DNA of 64,000 nucleotides from Acidimicrobiales bacterium (GTDB lineage Bacteria; Actinomycetota; Acidimicrobiia; Acidimicrobiales; Acidimicrobilacustridaceae): NCBI GenBank assembly GCA_046331175.1, contig JAXLRI010000014.1, positions 71,287 to 135,286 of the forward strand, read 5' to 3'. Shown piece by piece: positions 61,723 to 64,000 of this stretch (position 1 is its first letter; each line of letters starts with the position of its first letter). The notes under the pieces were generated by a model. It saw only the letters and a program-made list of their open reading frames with translations, ran no database searches and was not told where the DNA came from. The position numbers and the translations under genes were made by a program.

Positions 61723-64000
61723 ATGAGCAGATCAAGACGAGCGCGACGGATCTGCGTGGTGCTGGTGATTCTTCAGGTCGGCCTACTCGGAGTCGGCAAT
61801 GTCACCCTCGCCGCACCGGTCGGCACCGTCCTGAACTTCACCGGTGCCGGAATCTCGGGTCCGGTTGGAATCACGCGCGGCCCCGACGGAGCGATGTGGT
61901 TCAGCAACGGCAGCAACGACTCCATCGGGCGCATCGCCGGTGACGGGACAGTCACCAACTTCACCGGCGTCGGCGTCTCGTCCCCCTTTGGGATCACGGC
62001 CGGCTCTGACGGAAACATCTGGTTCACCAACGCCGGGAACAACTCGATCGGCCGAATCACTCCAGCCGGTGTCGTCAGCAACTTCACTGGGGCGGGCATC
62101 TCTGGGGTGCGCGGCATCAGTCTCGGGCCCGACAACAACCTCTGGTTCACCAACAGTGGCAACGACTCGATCGGCCGGATCACTCCCGCAGGCGTCGTTT
62201 CGAACTTCCACACGGCAGGAATGAGCGTCGGCTTTGCCATCACAGCAGGCCCAGACGGCAATCTTTGGTACACAGGGATCAACTCAATCGGCCGATTGAC
62301 CACGTCCGGCGTGATGCTCCCCGCCTTCACCACCTCGATTTACGAACCCATTGCTATCGCATCCGCACCTGACGGCTACATCTGGTACTCGAGCTCGACG
62401 GCGCGGGTCGTTGGGCGCGTGAGCGTCAGCGGCGCCGTTACGAACTACTTCGCCTCTGCCGTCGGGACGCCTCACGGTATCGCTGCGGGACCCGACGGGA
62501 ACATGTGGTTCAACAGCACGACAAACAACACAGTCCGGCGAATCAACAACTCCGGGGTCGTGACGTCCTTTAGTGGGCCCGGGATCTCCAGCCCGGAGGC
62601 GATCGCCCCTGGTTCAGATGGCCGCATGTGGTTCACGAACCTCGGCAACAACTCCATAGGAAGCGCGACGGCCGCCAATGTAGCTAGCGCACCGGCGAGA
62701 CCTTGGGCCGCTGCCGGCGTTGGAATGGCGACCATCTCGTGGGAGCCACCCGCTGACGGTGGTTCGCCCATTACCGGCTACTCGGTGACGGCGCTCCAAG
62801 GCGGAGCTCCTTCCGGACAAACTTGCACTGCCAGCGCCCCGGCCACGAGCTGCGACGTCACCGGGCTGGCAAACGGCACCGCATATACCTTTACGGTAAC
62901 TGCTACGAATGCCGTCGGTGACAGCGCCGCGTCGTCGCCCTCAGCGTTGACCGTACCCGACGTTGGAAGCCTATTCCATAGTCTAAGTGCCCCGATCCGA
63001 ATCCTGGATTCACGGCCACCGCCCGAACAGGTGGGTCCCTACTCGACGCCATGGACAGCTGGCACCGTGCGTGATGTGCTGGTAGCAGGCCTCGCTGGAG
63101 TACCCGCTGATGCAACCGCCGTGACACTGAATGTGACGGTCACGGGCGCCACGGCACCTAGCTTCTTGACTCTCTGGCCCAAGGGCCAAGGGCAGCCCAC
63201 CGCATCGAATCTGAACTGGGCGACGGACCAAACGATTCCGAATGCGGTCACGGTTAAGGTTGGGCTGGGAGGCAGCATTTCCGTGTTTAACGCGTCCGGA
63301 GATGCCACCGTCATCATCGATGCCGTTGGGTACTTCGACCACTCCGGGTCGGCCGCGGGCTTCGTTTCCCAGGCACCCGTCAGGATCCTCGATTCCCGGC
63401 CACCACCTGAGCAGGTCGGCCCCTACTCGACACCGTGGGGCCCAGGCACCGATCGCCTCGTTGCGGTGGCTGGCTCCGCTGGCGTGCCGGTGGACGCTGA
63501 GGCAGTTGTCCTCAACGCCACCGTGACGTCGACGACAGCTGAGTCGTTCCTGACGCTTTACCCAGATGGCAGCCCAGCGAAGCCGACCGCATCATCGTTG
63601 AATTGGAAGGCTGGTGTCACCATCCCCAACGCCGTGACCGTGAAGATCGGCACAGGCGGGAACATCCGGGTCTTCAACAACTCCGGCAGTGCCAACGTCA
63701 TTCTCGATGTGGTCGGCTACTTCAGGAGCGGGTCGGGCGATCCGTTCCACCCGGTCGCGCCGGTGAGGTTCCAGGATTCTCGGCCGGGGACCGAGAGCGT
63801 TGGCGCGTACACGACCCCGTGGGGAACGGCCACGACGAGAACCGTGTCCGTTCTGTCGTCTGGTGCAGCGCCGAGTGGCGCCACTGCCGTCATCGCGAAC
63901 TTCACGGTCACCTCCACCTCGGCCGAGTCATTCGCGGCGGTGTGGAACACCGGGGCCGCCAAGCCCACCGCGTCGAGCCTCAACTGGAAGGCCGGCACCA
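61723..64000 (+). CDS. Secreted Vgb-like beta-propeller - FN3 - repeat-module protein (3' end beyond window)
   Basis: My own translation from ATG 61723 gives MSRSRRARRICVVLVILQVGLLGVGNVTLAAPVG. It continues with blades (GPDGAMWFSN...IGRITPAGVV), an FN3 domain (~62690-62950, ISWEPPADGGSPITGYSV...YTFTVTATN) and 3 repeat modules from ~62971. It is absent from the ORF track because no stop lies in the window. GC is about 60%. Confidence 0.85.
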   Translation, partial: MSRSRRARRICVVLVILQVGLLGVGNVTLAAPVGTVLNFTGAGISGPVGITRGPDGAMWFSNGSNDSIGRIAGDGTVTNFTGVGVSSPFGITAGSDGNIWFTNAGNNSIGRITPAGVVSNFTGAGISGVRGISLGPDNNLWFTNSGNDSIGRITPAGVVSNFHTAGMSVGFAITAGPDGNLWYTGINSIGRLTTSGVMLPAFTTSIYEPIAIASAPDGYIWYSSSTARVVGRVSVSGAVTNYFASAVGTPHGIAAGPDGNMWFNSTTNNTVRRINNSGVVTSFSGPGISSPEAIAPGSDGRMWFTNLGNNSIGSATAANVASAPARPWAAAGVGMATISWEPPADGGSPITGYSVTALQGGAPSGQTCTASAPATSCDVTGLANGTAYTFTVTATNAVGDSAASSPSALTVPDVGSLFHSLSAPIRILDSRPPPEQVGPYSTPWTAGTVRDVLVAGLAGVPADATAVTLNVTVTGATAPSFLTLWPKGQGQPTASNLNWATDQTIPNAVTVKVGLGGSISVFNASGDATVIIDAVGYFDHSGSAAGFVSQAPVRILDSRPPPEQVGPYSTPWGPGTDRLVAVAGSAGVPVDAEAVVLNATVTSTTAESFLTLYPDGSPAKPTASSLNWKAGVTIPNAVTVKIGTGGNIRVFNNSGSANVILDVVGYFRSGSGDPFHPVAPVRFQDSRPGTESVGAYTTPWGTATTRTVSVLSSGAAPSGATAVIANFTVTSTSAESFAAVWNTGAAKPTASSLNWKAGT

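Overview
High-GC actinobacterial-type chromosomal DNA. By eye it is about 70-75% GC over most of the window and falls to about 60% at ~54.3-55.9 kb and ~61.2-63.7 kb. Both strands are densely coding. Many genes are linked by 4-nt GTGA/ATGA stop-start overlaps, and several look leaderless. I support about 70 protein-coding genes.

Main content, in order:
- Small regulator/detox operons: ArsR, MarR, AraC and TetR regulators with VOC, SRPBCC and nitroreductase partners, plus a ClC channel.
- A YciI plus ECF sigma pair.
- A general-stress cluster: CBS, STAS antagonist, UsfX/RsbW-like anti-sigma, SigB/F-type sigma and CsbD.
- A PAS-GGDEF-(degenerate)EAL protein.
- A DUF222/HNH gene.
- A heme-oxygenase-like diiron enzyme coupled to a DPPY methyltransferase.
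- An encapsulated-ferritin homologue with no shell gene nearby.
- A CHASE-GAF-PP2C sensor phosphatase.
- A copper module: cupredoxin, DUF302 and multicopper oxidase behind a CsoR-type palindrome.
- An aromatic-catabolism operon: extradiol dioxygenase, MhpA-like monooxygenase, FAH and SnoaL, with a TetR.
- An IS-rich, lower-GC region holding an intact IS21-family element with a 5-bp target duplication, an rve-type IS with a 14-bp flanking direct repeat, and a 3' half of a tRNA-Met with its terminator.

The most interesting signal is a ~120-aa repeat module I cannot name. It sits in C-terminal arrays of about three copies on four secreted proteins with unrelated heads: a TNT NAD+-glycohydrolase toxin domain, an M4 thermolysin-like protease, and two Vgb-like beta-propellers. 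One propeller gene is frameshifted or deleted, and the two lie in inverted orientation around the IS island.

I saw no rRNA, CRISPR array or complete tRNA. All family assignments come from reading motifs in the translations. No database search was run.
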